Origin: the human T2T-CHM13v2.0 reference genome, Homo sapiens
Assembly (NCBI RefSeq): GCF_009914755.1
Contig: NC_060947.1
Direction: 5' to 3' (one strand)
Length of the DNA: 64,000 nt
The notes beneath the pieces were generated by a model. That model saw only the letters and a program-made list of their open reading frames with translations. It searched no databases and was not told the origin of the DNA. Within the stretch, counting starts at the first letter, position 1, and every line of letters begins with the position of its first letter. The position numbers and the translations under genes are program-made. Of the stretch, positions 1 through 15,821 are shown one piece after another.

Positions 1-9
1 ATCAAAGGT

Positions 10-645
10 TTTTGCACAAGTTTTCTCATTTCACCTGTACAACAATCCCATGAGATGTGTATGATTGTCCTCATTTTGCATGGGAGGGAACTGCTGACAT
101 ATTAAGTGAGTGTCCAGGGTCACAGTGCTTCAGGCTCCCCTAGAAGCAGAGCCTGAAGTGGAGATCCTTAAGTGGCTTATTCAGCAAGTGCCCTCAGGAG
201 AAGGGGAAGGAGGAAAGCAGGATAGGACCAGGGAAGAGAGTTAAGCAAGGATGTGGTCTAGGTTTGAGGCTGACTTTAAGTTGATGGAGGGTGGGGCCAA
301 GGCGGCATGGAGCATAAATAGGAGCACAGAATGAGCCCCTCCTTGAGATGGTTGGCCTTTTGTACCCCTATGTCAATCAGTCATTGGCCAGTGGCTGCCC
401 CTGGGAGGCTAGGGGGGTTTAATCTCTTTGAAGAATTGGCTTTTGTCTGAGGGCAATTTCCTGGAAAAGGGGTCAGCTGCGAGTGAGTGGTTAGCTGCCT
501 ACACCTACAGTAGCTAGGAGATGAGTTCACCCTCCAGGGAAAGGGTGTTTGGGCAGGGCACCAACAGTATCTTCTACATAGTACTAATGGGCATTGGGAT
601 TTGAACCTAAGTCTTCTGGTGCAATATTCCATGGAGTTTCCCCAT
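10..645 (-). mobile_element. MIR SINE split by an LTR (pieces ~10-125 and ~579-645)
   Basis: Reverse MIR core (ctcattt..acaacaatcccatgag..cattttgcatgggaggga..ccagggtcaca) resumes after the LTR with gggatttgaacctaagtcttctgg. Confidence 0.6.
126..578 (-). mobile_element. ERVL-type solo LTR (LTR16/LTR33-like)
   Basis: cccctagaagcagagcctga..gtggcttatt terminus; the other end reads tgtagaagatactgttggtgccctgccc on the minus strand. Confidence 0.55.
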
Positions 646-1921
646 CTTCACACTGTGCTTTCCATTGCCCTGAGATCAATATAGAGTCCTTAATGCAGTG
701 CATATTGTTACCATGGCTGGTGGAGGGATCAGACCTGAAGGGGAGGAAGGGAGGAGAGTAGTAACTGAGAGGTTCTAGTGAAGTGGGGGGAAGGAAAGAC
801 ACTGGAAATAGAAGAGAAATATGATCTATCTATTACCATTACTTATATTGGTTAAAATGAAAAGGTCCTATATTCCAAATCTGCAAGTAGATATTTTCAT
901 CCTTATATTAAGCTCTATTACCCATGTCTTCCAGATTAGAAATTTCATTTGCAAAACTGGTAACATGAAAAAATAATTGTTCAAATTTGGGACAATCATC
1001 TTACTGGAAGTGAGAGACAGCATTGGTTGGTAAGATTGTTCCTGTAAATATTTAAAACATCTTCCTTTCTCTGTATAAAACGCCTAACTTGATTTCAAAT
1101 GTTTTCATTGTCTTCCTTTCACGAGCCACTTTTGAGAAAATGCTGAAATTAGTTATACTTTGCTATAAAACTCCCGACAACTTTTCATGTCCATTTTTCC
1201 CTTCTTTTGTGACCTCAGGATAATTAAGTGTCTTTTTCTCCTGAGAAGAAATGTGAAGCATGTGGTGAGCCTGCTGGCCTATTTGCTGATTTATGGGTCA
1301 AGTCTCCAGTTATTACAGACAAAATTTGAAAGTCTCTGATTAAGAAGCCCTGCTGATTTAAGGATCTCACTAGAAATATGTGCATAATGAATTATCTACA
1401 GATAATAATTCAAATTGTCCCTGGGTGATTCATATCACCCGCTTTTATTAAATTATCCATTTTCTAGGGGATATTCAGGTCCGCACAAACTAAGATGTAG
1501 GGATGGACGTAATATTGTTAAGAAGTTTAACAGAAAACAGTTTTACTTTGGAAAGCATTTACTCCAAATTTGAAGCTAATTTTCACAAGGCAGTGAGTAG
1601 AGATGTGTGACTTAGATTTTTTTTTAAACCTGCTGTCTTGTATATGCTTGAACACTTGGCTTATTTAAACATTGTTTTTGCGAGAAGACAACCATTTTCT
1701 TGTGAGTGGTGATAGAGAGAAGCAGGATAAAAATAATCAAATTATTTCTTAGAAAAAAATGGAAACAGCAGCCATCAAGGTCCATTTTTAGCAAGGCACA
1801 TGGGCATGACAAGGCATTAGTTAAGAGAATGTGTCACCCTTAAATATGTAGGTTTATTTAACAATGGAACAAGTAGATATATAAAGAACAGAGCTCCAGG
1901 ACTGGGAATTCAGAAAGGCCT

Positions 1922-2006
1922 ATTTTTTTTTCTTTCTTTTTTTTTTTTCCAGGAATGAAGATTATTTTTTAAAAATCTCTCTCTCTCTCTTTCTCTCTTT
2001 CTCTCT
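1922..2006. repeat. T-rich run and (CT)n low-complexity tract
   Basis: Directly visible. Confidence 0.8.
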
Positions 2007-2970
2007 AGAACAAAAGGAGAGAGAGAAAACCTGCACAAAACAGATGCATCAGTATTCCAGAAGGCAGGTGCCAGATTCAGGGAAGAGGAAGAGGTTTCTC
2101 CCAGAGTCTGTGCTCTCTTCTGATGAACCCAGGGGCAGGCATGGACTAGGGGTGGCAGTTTTAACCAGGGGCCAGATCTATTTTCATCTGAAAACCTGAC
2201 TGAGGTTTACCCTTAAGAAACCTGGCTGGAAAAGTTGAGGGGGAGGAATTTAAGGCAAGCACACAAACCTTCTGGAAGCTAGTCAATGCCTCCTGCTTCT
2301 CTTCCACGTTTTGATTTTTCAGGTTATTTTAAGGTTTTCATACCTCAGGCAAGGTGATTTATTATTATTGGGACTTTATATAACTCTTTATTTTTGCAAA
2401 GTTCTTCACAGTTATTTTTCTCTCCTCATTGTGTACCATGCCTTTCCTCTCCTGCCACTGAAATTGGTTTTGGGGGAGGCGGCACTTCCTTTCCTAGGGA
2501 AAAGATGTTGTTTCTGATATGAGGTACTTTCTGAGCTTTTACCTTTGTTTCTTCTTTGCTTTCCTTCTTTTGATCTCATTCCCTGTGGCCTCCTGTCACC
2601 TTCTGTTTCTTTCCTCCTATTCAGACCCGCAGTCTTTTTTTTTTTTTTTTTTTTAACCTCTGTCCTCAAATCCCACATTCCCAGCTGCATTATTCTCTTA
2701 CCTCTGGGCTCCAGTCATCAAGGAACAGTTTGATATCCATCCCTGGGAAGCAGGCATCTCCTCTCATGCACTCCTGCTGCTAACCACCCTGGATACCAGA
2801 ACATACGACGTTGGAGATGAGTGCTCCCTGCTTTGGTAACTTAAGAGACCAGAGTTACTGCCTCCACTGTTAGCTCCATATAGCAAAGTCTTAAATTAGC
2901 AGAAAGCAGCAGCCCATCAATCCCAGACCACTGATAAAAAATAAACATTCTCTTTAGTATGCAGATACTC

Positions 2971-3050
2971 TTAGGTTGAACCATATAACACTGTAATTTT
3001 TGTCAGTCAAAAATAGTAAACAGTAGTATTTCATGTGCTTCAAACAAAAT
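2971..3050. mobile_element. MADE2-like mariner MITE
   Basis: ~80 bp starting ttaggttgaaccatat with a degenerate inverted end ttcatgtgcttcaaac. Confidence 0.65.
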
Positions 3051-3062
3051 GCTATTCACAAA

Positions 3063-3424
3063 TGTATTAGTCTGTTTTCACGCTGCTGATAAAGACATAC
3101 ACAAGATTGGGTAATTTATAAAGAAAAGGGGGTTTAATGGACTCACAGTTCCACGTGGCTGGGGAGGCCTCACAATAATGGCAGAAGGTGAAAGGCACAT
3201 CTTACATGGCAGCAGACAAGAGAGAATGAGAATGAAGTGAAAGGGATTTCCCCTTATAAAACCATCAGATCTACTGAGACTTATTCAATACCAGGAGAAC
3301 AGTACGGGGGGAACTGCCTCCATGTTTCAATTATCTCCCACCGGGTCCCTCCCACCACACGTGGGAATTATGGGAGCTACAATTCAAGATGAGATTTGGG
3401 TGGGGACACACCCAAACCATATCA
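3063..3424 (-). mobile_element. THE1 (THE1B/C-like) MaLR solo LTR
   Basis: tgtattagtctgttttcacgctgctgataaagacatac...ggggacacacccaaaccatatca; flanks acaaa/acaag are a near 5-bp TSD. Confidence 0.92.
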
Positions 3425-3499
3425 ACAAGTAAACTTAAAGCTTACCTGCAGGGTACCTAGACACCTGAAGAGCCAGCCCTAACACTTCTCTCCAGCTAC

Positions 3500-5520
3500 C
3501 AGAAGAAAGATGGAGTAAGTTATGTTGAAAACTTTTTAGCCAGCCAAACCATCCATGCCACACATCACAGTTTTCTTTGGTCCTGATTTGCTGTGATCTG
3601 TGAATCCTTCCAGGTATTTTTCCACTCCTCTCCACTCACACTGTACCACTTTTACCAGACCATTTGCAACTCCTCTCCCACAGTAAAGCTTCCTACATCC
3701 GTGCTCACTCTCCTCCCAGACCTAGCTATAACCCCGTTGCTGTGGTCTCTCAAGTGGAGGTGTTCCGTCTCCCACTAGCAGGGTGTGAGGTTGGGAGGTG
3801 AGGCATGCAGGCCCTCACCTGCCTCTTCATTCTTCTTCCAGACTGTCCCCCACCCTCTGGGTTTTTGAGACTCCCACAGTGCAACTATGCCACTCTCTGC
3901 ATCTCCTCATCTTTGTCATCTTCCAGCTTCCTTGCCACTTCCTCTCAGTCAGTGATGACCCGTTGTTTTCTGTCCACCCCAATCCTGCCATCATCCCATG
4001 AAGGTTGCCCCCCATGTAGAGAACAAACCACCCTTATCATTTCAAGCTGTGGATCTTCTCTTCTTCCATGACCTGTGCCTACACTCCCCTTCAGTCATTC
4101 ACCCCATGGCCCTGTTCTGGATCTCGTCACTCTTAGAACTGTATCACCTCTGGCATCTTATGTTTACATAGCCCATTCTGACAACAATCTCAGTGTCTCC
4201 CCTCCCCCAGTTACTCCCACCACACCTGTTGGTTAACTTCAAGTGACCTCTCCTCACTTGACCTACTAATTTCCCCTATATAATATCAGCTCCCTCCTAT
4301 CTTCCCTTCTCCATCTAGCTTAAATTCTGTGGTCCATCAATGTAACCTCTCTTTCACCAGGATTCTGAACAACGTTGTTCCATTGCCTGTCTAACAAATC
4401 AGTGTTTCTCTCTTGGATGAATTCTACTCTTGGATAAATCCACCTTCCTGCTTTTTGCTTATATGTAGACAGCTGAGCACTGCTGGAGAAAATCACACCA
4501 CTGGTGTCGCCATAAATCCATGACATCTAACTTCACCTGAGGCCACCTTCCATGCATCCAGGAATCCCTTCATGTTTCCTAGTCAACTAGCTCCTTCTTA
4601 GTCTCCACTTTTTCTACCCTCATCATACCTCTGGTCTCGCTTCTCCCCCTTAATCTCTGCAGAAGTATCTTGGTTCCTACTTCACTGAGAAAAAAGTCAT
4701 CAGGTGGGAGTGCACAAAATTTTTGGCTGCCAGACGTATAAATATCTCTGCAACTATACCCTTCTCTCTTTTTCCCTCCTGTAAGGATGGAAGAGGTGTC
4801 CCTCCTCCTATCTGAGAGTAATTCTACCTCTGTGTTCTGGCCCCTCTTCTACCATCTCCAGATTATCATCCATTTTCTCTTCTGTCTCTATCTCGAACAC
4901 CTGTCTCCAGCCTCTCTGACTACTGGTGCCTTCCTGTCAACATTTAGAAACACTTAAGCCTTTCCCACTCTTAGCATGGCTTCCCAATCCTATGTTCTCT
5001 TCTTGTTACTTCTTCCGTTTCTTCCATTTTCTCCCACATGTTTTATGGCTAAACTTCTTAAAACAATTGTCTACTCTTGCTTTCTTCATTTTCTACCTAC
5101 TATGGACTCCTCGACCCACTACAGTCTCATCTCTGAGCTTACCATACCACAAAAACAGCTCTGGTCAAAGTCACTAATAATTTTTCTTGTTAAATTCAAT
5201 AGACTTCCTTCCTCTAATTCCTTACTTGCTCTCTTGGCATCTTCTTTGTGTTGAAACATTCTCTGCCTTTGGTTTGGTGATACAGGGCACCCAGGTTTTC
5301 CTCCTACCTATCTGGCCACTTGTCTCTCATACTGAGTATATTCCTCCTATACTTTTAGTAGAGATGCTCCTTGGAGTGCTGTCCTTAGCAATATTCTATT
5401 GTCACTCTATAAATGTTCGGGGGAGAGCTCACCATGCTCATGGCTTCAAATATCATCTGCTTGCCTCTCTCTCCTCTGGTTGTGCCCACATGATGGTTTT
5501 CTCTATTTCTTCATTCTCTA
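3500..5520 (+). mobile_element. Degraded L2 LINE fragments
   Basis: C/T-rich L2-like motifs (gagcactgctggagaaaatcacac, ggtcaaagtcactaat, catgctcatggcttcaaatatcatct). Confidence 0.65.
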
Positions 5521-7019
5521 CTGGTTATTCATTTCCTTCTGGTGGGGATTCATTATTTGTTGCCTGGACCACTTCCAACCACAGGACTGTATCCAGCACC
5601 TAAATATTTCTACCACAACTTCAGTTGGTTTTTATTATCTACTTTTCAAATAAAAGCTTATTGTTAACTAACCATGGTTCAGTGGCAGTTGATCTGATAT
5701 GAGCAAATTTTCAGTAAGATCCTGGTTCTAGAACTCACATTAATTGACTTAATGGTGATTTTTTATTTAGACTAATTTTGATTTTTTTTGAATGAAGCTT
5801 AAAATTCCAAATTATATCCAGAAAATCTGTTAGGCTTTCAAAAGGGCATTTGAGATTCTACAGTGTAAGTGAACATATTCAATCCTGTGCATAATAAGCA
5901 GAAGGAGCCTGAGACTTATTTTGGATTACCCAGTGGCATTCTAAGATATCAACCTGATTCAACACAGCTTACAGATAGATTTAAGAAAATGGGTTATGTG
6001 GTTATTCTCAAACAACAATAGCCACCAAACCATCTAATAAAGTGTGTGGGGTGCAGAATGAGTATGTGATTGGAATATGGTGCATCAGCCTTGCAAATAG
6101 CCACTTACTTCCAGAGTGGGTTGCAATTTGCTCTACGTCAAATGAATGGTGAAACGGCTGTATTGATTCATTGCACGATTTCTAAATCTATTGAGAGAAT
6201 GAAAGAAAGGTTTAAAAATTCTTGATTTTATGCTTACTTTTCAGGTTGTAGAAAATGGATTTGACAGAAAACACTTGCACCTTGTTTCACTGAATGAGAT
6301 CCCTCAGATACTGTTTCCAGATGATGGTGTTCTCTCGCCAAACATACTTAGCAAGAGGAACAACACACTTTGAAAATGCCTATCAAAGGCATTTAATCAT
6401 AGTATAAAGACTCCCGGGGCGAAGCGGCGTAGGACAATCCTGCCCTGTTCACCATTACAGGTTTATTTAATGTATTCTGCACAGTGATGCTTCACATGGC
6501 AGTGAGGATGTTTGATATAGGCATCAGGATGTTTCTGATCCCCTAGGAAGCTTTTCTGCCTCAACAGGTTGCAAGGCTCCATGGCTGCCTTTGATGAAGC
6601 CATTTATCTTGGTGCCAGCAGGAGGGTGTTGAAAGTGTGTGCACGGGAAGGTATGCAGCAGATTATGCATGCTTTTGTGGAGTTAGATTATTATTGACAG
6701 TCAGCTTGGAGAAAAGTTAGGTTATTTGTCCTTCTGTATAAGGCTGCTGAACTTCTTTTATGAAAACAATGAGTTAGGATAATAGGGAGAGGTTCTTTCA
6801 TTCCACCTCCCTGCTACTTATAGGATGCTTCGCTCAGGAGATATTGTAAAACAATTTCCGGTAGGCGTTGTGCCCATAGAATGAAATAACTTGACTGAAA
6901 ATTTGTGCATTCATGTCTGCTCATCTGTAGTCTGCACTTCTGGGCAATGTCTGTGAAAACCGCAGAACCCATGCTCAAAATACTAGATAACTTAAATAGT
7001 AGCATGTGCCTGAACCTAC

Positions 7020-7570
7020 GTCTGTTAGCTTTTGCTGTGTAACGAGCTTTCCCAAAACATGGTGGCTTTAAGCAACAATCATTTAGCTCATAATTTGGCA
7101 GGCTTCCTGGGAAGTTCTTCTGGTCTAGTCTGGCTCTACTGATTTCTGCTGGTTTCCTTCATCAGTCTGCAGTTAGCTGGAAGTTCCAGCAGGTGGCCAG
7201 ATGAGCCAGAATAGCCTCACTTAATGTGTCCGGCAGTTGGCTGGATATTGGCTGTTAGCTGGCTGACTGTGGTTCTTTTTGAAGTGGCCTTTTATCCTCC
7301 AGAAAGCTAACTGAGACTCAGTCACATGATGGCCTCAGGATCTCAAGCACAGGAAGAGGGCAAACCCCAAAATGCAAGAGTCTTCAAGCCTCTGCTTGAG
7401 TCATGTTGCTTGGCTGTTGTTCCACTGGTCAAAGCAAATCACTTAGTCCAGATTCAGAAAATAGAGGCAAGTGCCCCGCGTCTTGATGGGAAGAGCTGTG
7501 ACATCAATCTTGCAAGGGTATGGATGTAGGGGGCAGGAGAATTTTTTATCATATTTTACAATTTACCACA
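7020..7570 (-). mobile_element. MLT1-family MaLR LTR
   Basis: ttttgctgtgtaac..cccaaaac..gtggcttta..caacaatcattt; ggtcaaagcaaatcac; ends caatttaccaca. Confidence 0.75.
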
Positions 7571-7837
7571 GAGCTATTTAGAATTTATAGTGTTTTCACA
7601 TGCATTAAACCTCACTATAGCTATGTGAGACAAAAGCTATGATTCCCTTTCCACAGATGAGTAAACTGGCTCAGAGAATCTGAGTAGTTTAACCAGGTAA
7701 CAAGCAATAATGTTTGTGCCCCATGGCACAGCAGCCTGAACTGTAAAAATAGAGAAAGCCTCTGCCATGCCATTAATTCTAAAACCACATCTTTGGTATC
7801 CCAGCATGGATTTTCTGTTTGTTCATTTATCTCATAT

Positions 7838-8040
7838 CAGATGGTTCCCAAATCTAATGAGAATCTCTGACACTTGTTTAATGTGTCATCTCCTGGCACT
7901 TGTTAAAATGCAGATTCCAGGGCTCCACCAGAGATTCAGATTCAGCCAGTTTGCTGAGGATTAGGGGTCTGCATTTTTGACAAGGAACTCCGGGAATCCT
8001 GATGCACATGGCCTGAGCTCTACAAGTTGAGAAATACTGG
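7838..8040. mobile_element. MER5-type hAT-Charlie fossil
   Basis: cttgttaaaatgcagattccagggctccacc...ctgcatttttgacaag...ttgagaaatactgg. Confidence 0.75.
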
Positions 8041-9022
8041 CTTCTATTATGATACTGAGTGTTCCCAGCATGGCGTATTTTCATGCTAGAAAGTCCACAC
8101 ATGATATTTCCTTTGGTCAGCTTTCCAGATCTATGAGTTAATAGCATTTGGGCAATTCTTTAATTTCTCTGAGGCTTTGTCTTGACAGCTTCAAAATAAG
8201 GACAATTGGAAAGACTCCCATAAGACTGGTGTGAAGATTAAATGACTAGCCTATGAAGCACTGAGCCCGGTGCCTAGTAGATCCTAAGTGTTCCTTTTTC
8301 TGCTTTCTTTATCCTGAGAAGCTACAAGACCAATTGATAAGGCAAGTCTATGAGATGTGAAAAAAGTTGTTTGTAGAATACACTGCAGACTTGCACTGTC
8401 AATGCCTGTAAGTGAGAAGTGATGGTCAAATATTCATCAGCATGTCAAAAAGCACATAGCTCTGTTTGAGAAAAAAAAGTATCAGATTCTTTAGACGCCT
8501 AAGAATCATGATTGGAAAGAGTGACGGGCTTGGTAGGCAACAGCTGTTGTCATTAGAGACCCAACTATATGCACAAGAGGCACAGAAGGGCTGGTCATGC
8601 CTCAACCCCTCCAGTCTTTTCCAAATTGCTGCGAACTTTCAGTGTCAGCACTATTGTCTGTACATCCCCAGACAATGACAAAATGTATAATGATTCTATA
8701 TTAAGACTTGGCCTTACTCAAGTGAATCGTGTCAATGTGGATAGAATCCCTACAAAATATTTTCTTATAATAATATAAATGAAGCATCTACAACATGGCA
8801 CGTGGCATATTATTTCCAGATCCTGTGGGGGTTTTTAAAAAAGCTTCTGTGTTAAAGTGATGAGCAAATAGCTTGTTTCCTGCAGTTTTGCTATTTCAGC
8901 ACTTTCTTGCCTATTTTTTATGCTTCTTCTCCCACTGTATCTCTGTCCAGTCTGTTTCCCCTTTTCCTTCATAGCTTCTGTCTTTGTAAATGTCATGATT
9001 TTAATTCTTTGTTTCTTCTTTC

Positions 9023-9023
<1 letters not shown>

Positions 9024-9055
<32 letters not shown>
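9024..9055. repeat. (TG)16 microsatellite
   Basis: Directly visible. Confidence 0.95.
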
Positions 9056-9059
<4 letters not shown>

Positions 9060-9799
9060 AAAGAAAAGGTGCCCTTTTTATCTAAACAATCAGAATCCAG
9101 TTTAAAATGAGTGTCTTTATTCTGTTTTATGGTATTTGCCTCTCTGCCTGTGGTCATCGTCTCTACCAGCAGATGGAGCACATCTCCTATGTTAAACACC
9201 ACCGTAGGTTGTAGGGTGGGGTGTTTTTCCCTCATCTGTCATTTTTGCTGCAGTGAAATAGTAGTTGGAAGCTGGTGTAATACAAAGCAAACCCCCTAAT
9301 CTCGGCTAGACTACAGCATATACTTTTCTGACTCATGTCAGCAATGCAGGGCTTAACAGCAGCTGATCTAGATAGGCGGTAGCTGAAAAATAATGAGGGT
9401 TTTGTGCATGTGTGCATGCTTTTGTGGTCTACCCTTTTTTTCCAAGAGTTGGCAGCTTTGCGTCAAAGGTACCCTTTCTTCTCCTCTCTCCTTTCCTCTT
9501 CTTCCTTTTGAATATCTTGACTTTACCTCTCTGCTCTTTCTCCTTAGTGTCAAGGCTCCCGGTTCACAGTGATATGCACTTGTCTTTAAACCTCAAAGTA
9601 AAATTATAGGTTGTTAGAGCGTGAAGGAAACTTAAACATCATCTAATATTGAAAGCAATAGGGCCCAGGTTAACAAAAGATTCATAATGAGATTTGGCAC
9701 AGCCCATGTCATTGGATCAGACTGTTATTATGGTCATCATTATCATTGTTATTGAGCTGTCATTCCTTAATGTTGGAATGATGGCATACAGAATTTTCT

Positions 9800-10106
9800 T
9801 TTTCTTTTCCTTTCTTTTTTTTTTTTTTTGAGACAGGGTTTCACTTCTGTCACCCAGGCTGGAGTGCAGTGGTGCAATCTCGGCTCACTGCAACCTCCGC
9901 CTCCAAGCAATTCTTGTGCCTCAGCCTCCCAAATACCTGGGACTACAGGCATGCGCCACCATGCCCGGCTAATTTTTGTATTTTTTGTAGAGACAGGATT
10001 TTACTATTTTGCCCAGGGCTGGTCTCGAACTCCTGGCCTCACGCGATCCATCCACCTCGGCCTCCCAAAGTGCTCATATTACAGGCATGAGCCACTGCGC
10101 CCGGCC
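9800..10106 (-). mobile_element. Alu (J or old S type)
   Basis: Poly-T followed by reverse Alu dimer ending ccggcc; agaattttct on both flanks. Confidence 0.95.
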
Positions 10107-10309
10107 ATATAGAGAATTTTCTGACTTGCCTGTTTTAACTAAAGTTACCGAACAATACTGTCAAAAGCTGATTTGATCATTTTAATCAAATCAACCAGCT
10201 GTTTTAACTTTGCTGTATGTTGGGGAAGACACAAGCCTGAGCTTTCGAATCAGTTTGTTCCATATGTTGCTGCTGCAGTATCATGTGCATTTGGAAACTT
10301 AGATACTTA

Positions 10310-10480
10310 GAATTTCTCAAAGGTCTGTCAGAATCAACTGGGATACTTGGAAAAACACAAATTCCTGGGCCCCATTCCTGTTCTGCAGCACTAGAATCTT
10401 TAAGCTAAGAGCTTGGGAATTTGCATTTTTAACCATTTCCCACAAGTGAGTCTCATAGACCTGAAGTTTGAGAACCTAAA
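10310..10480. mobile_element. MER5-type fossil
   Basis: tttctcaaa..cagaatca..attcctgggcccc..tttgcatttttaac..tttgagaacc. Confidence 0.65.
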
Positions 10481-10629
10481 ACTTAAGATATGATGATCAC
10501 TGATTCTTGCTGCATCTCATCTGTTTTGGCTGGGCCTCCCTCACTAACCACTTCCATTTTTGGGAAAGCAAAGCAAAGGGGCAGAACTTAGGATTGGGAA
10601 TCTTTTTTCCTAATTCATCATTGGATACA

Positions 10630-10865
10630 GCGTACTTTGGAGTTAGATATACCTGAGTTTGAAACCAGACTTGACTAAATGCTTACTATGTGAGCTTCAG
10701 CAAGTGACTGACCTTGCTAAGATTCAGCCACCACATTTGTAAAAATGCGGGTCATCATGTGGACTTCATAGAGCTGAGGTAAAGATGAAATTAGATGATG
10801 CTTATAAAGGGCTTAGCACAATTCCCAGATGCTGGTAAGTGTGTAATACATGGAATCTATTATCA
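10630..10865 (+). mobile_element. MIR SINE
   Basis: ttggagttagatatacctgagtttgaa..cttactatgtgagcttcagcaagtgact..tgtaaaaatg..gcttagcaca. Confidence 0.7.
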
Positions 10866-10904
10866 TTAATGGCAGCATTTCCATCCACTGAAGAAAAATT
10901 CAGC

Positions 10905-12170
10905 CCATATGACACCAAAAGCATGATTCACAAAAGAAAAACTGGACACACTGGACTTCATCAAATTAAAAACTTTCGCTTAGAAAAAGACCCTGTTAAA
11001 AGGATAAAAGACAAGTCACCAACTGGGAGAAAATATTTGCAAATCACATGTCCAACAAAGACTCCTATCCAGAATATACAAAGAACTCTCTAAATTTAAC
11101 AGTAAGAAAATAAACAGTCCAATTAAAAAGTGGACAAAAGACTTGTACAGAAACTTCAGCTAAGAGGATATATCGATGGAAAATAAACACATGAAAAATT
11201 TTTCACCATCGCTAACCATTAGGGAAATGTAAATTAAAACCACAATGAGATACCACTGCATTACAATGGCTAAAATAACAACAATTGCTGGCAACACCTG
11301 ACATTAACATTTGCTGAAGAATGCAGAGATACTGAATCTTTCACACATTGTTGGTAAGAATGTAAAATGGTACAGCCACTTTAGAAAGCAGCATTGCAGT
11401 TCCTTAAAAATTAATCATATGCTTACTACATGACTAGCAAGCATTACACATCTGGACATTTATCTTAGAGAAATGAAAACTTATGTTCACACCAAAACCT
11501 GTGTGTGAGTAGTTATAGCAGCTTTACAGGTAGTAGTCCAAAACTAGAAATGACACAAACGTCTTTCATCAAGTGAATGGTTGAACAAATTGTGGTACAT
11601 CCATACCATGGAATACTATTCAGCAATAAAAAGGAATGAACTATTGATACACACAACTAGGATGAATTTTAAGGTCATTATATTGGATGAAAAAACCAAT
11701 CTGAAAAGTTGACATAGCAAATGATTCCATGTATATAACATTCTTGAAATGACAAAATTATAGAGATGTAGAACAGGTAAGGGGTTGCCAGGGGTTAGGG
11801 AAGGGGAGGAAGGGAAGGAAGTATAACTAAAATTAAGGCCGCATGAAGGAGTTCCTTTGTAGTGATGGAACAGTTCTGTGTTTTGATTGTGGTGGTGGTT
11901 TCACAAATCCATATATGTGATACAATACTGCAGAATTATATACACATACAAAAAAAATGAGTGCATGCAAAAACTGGTGAAATCAGAGTAAGATCTGCAG
12001 TATAGTAAATTGTATAGTATTGTGCCAATTAATTTCTTGGTTTTGATAATGCATGATAGTTATGTAAGAGGTCACCATCGGTGGGAGATGAGTGATGGGT
12101 ACATTGGCTTGCATTACTTTTATAGCTTCTTGTGAATCTGTAATTATTTTACAATTAAAAGTTTAAAAAT
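10905..12170 (+). mobile_element. Old L1M (L1MC-like) 3' fragment
   Basis: ORF2 C-terminal and 3'UTR motifs (tggacttcatcaaattaaaaacttt, aaaaccacaatgagatacc, catggaatactattcagcaataaaaaggaatgaac). Confidence 0.85.
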
Positions 12171-12335
12171 TTAACAACCAAATTGCAGCCCCAGTCTCAG
12201 AATATCAACAGCTAATTGAATCAGTAAATGAGTGGGAAAAAAAACCCTTGGTAATACTGGTTTTCATATGAATTTGCAGGCCAAAAACTAGATTTCGAAA
12301 AGGCATATGATGCAAAAAAGTTTTGAGGAGACCTA

Positions 12336-13498
<1,163 letters not shown>

Positions 13499-13636
13499 CA
13501 TATGATTGATACTGAAATTTTCTTAAGACGATTACTAGGCTGTGTTTTTTTCTTTCTTGGGCTGGCTATATGCCACGCTATCACCAGAGCTCTAACATCT
13601 TCCAGAATATTGGGAGGGAAAATTTTTTTAAAAATA

Positions 13637-13775
13637 GGCCAGGCATGGTGGCTCACACCTGTTATCCTAGCACTTTGAAGGCTGGGGCAGGAAGATTGCT
13701 TCAGCCCAGGAGTTCAAGACCAGCCTGGGCAACATAGTGAGACCCTGTTTCTATATTATAATTTTTTGAAAAGAA
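13637..13775 (+). mobile_element. Alu left monomer (FLAM-like)
   Basis: ggccaggcatggtggctcac...cagcctgggcaacatagtgagaccctg with no right arm. Confidence 0.85.
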
Positions 13776-14491
13776 AAAGAAATGTAGTGTTGAAATTATT
13801 CTTTGATCGCAATTTACTCTTTTCTCCATTATACAAATGCCTAGTTTTCTGGCCATTTAAAAATTCTAAAGAGCAATGATAAGGTGACTTTTGTAGCACC
13901 TTTTCTAAGCACAAAAAGTTAAAAGTGGTTGGTGGCGTCAAAAAGCGTTAAAAAGTCACCCAGAGTTGTATTCAGAGAAAGGACAGCTTAAAAGAGCAAC
14001 AGAGCAATTCAGCCCTTAAGCAGAGACCTTATTTATATGCCACATTTCAGCTGGGAAGAGATTTTATGACCAAATCTTAGAGCTTTAAAGATGAAGTCTA
14101 TAATATAAACATCCTGGCAGCATTAACTCTAACAGCACAAGGAGAACTTGATGCACACCCCAATTTATTATTTTGGTTCTCTTCTGCATGAAAGATATTT
14201 CAATAGTCAGTGTAACACTTTCATTTATATTATTCTCATCTCTGGACTTTCGGATGTGATACAAAGCTATGTGTAAAATTGAGTTATAAACTTTAATGCA
14301 TATTTGAAACCACAGAATAGATTTAGATTTGGGGTTCTAGGATGAACTTCATCACTTCATTCCCCTTGACAAGATAGAGTTATGGATTTAGGATGAAGAA
14401 ACAAGGATTCCATTATGATTTGCTATGGCTTTTCATTCAGGAAGGGGTAAATGGGAGCTATTTATTCCTTCTTGGGTTACCAGTTAGGTCA

Positions 14492-15272
<781 letters not shown>

Positions 15273-15309
15273 GTAAAAGTAGAATCAGAGAAATTGTAAT
15301 AGTTGTGAT

Positions 15310-15500
15310 ATCCAACATTTATTGATCACTTACTATACATCATGCTAGGCACTGCATTGAATGCTTTTCATATGCTATGCCATTCAATTCTTACCACAAT
15401 CCTAAGAGAGAAGTGCTATTGTTATCCCCATATAACAGATAAGACAACTGAGGCTTTAGAGGGTTTGAGGAAGTTTCTCAAGTTTACATAGCTGGTAACA
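15310..15500 (-). mobile_element. MIR SINE
   Basis: aacatttattga..cacttacta..tatccccatataacagataagacaactgaggc. Confidence 0.75.
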
Positions 15501-15508
15501 TTTTTTAG

Positions 15509-15821
<313 letters not shown>

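Noticed and set aside
4926-5653. Cluster of hydrophobic plus-strand ORFs
   Set aside because: Pyrimidine-rich L2 remnant with few stop codons
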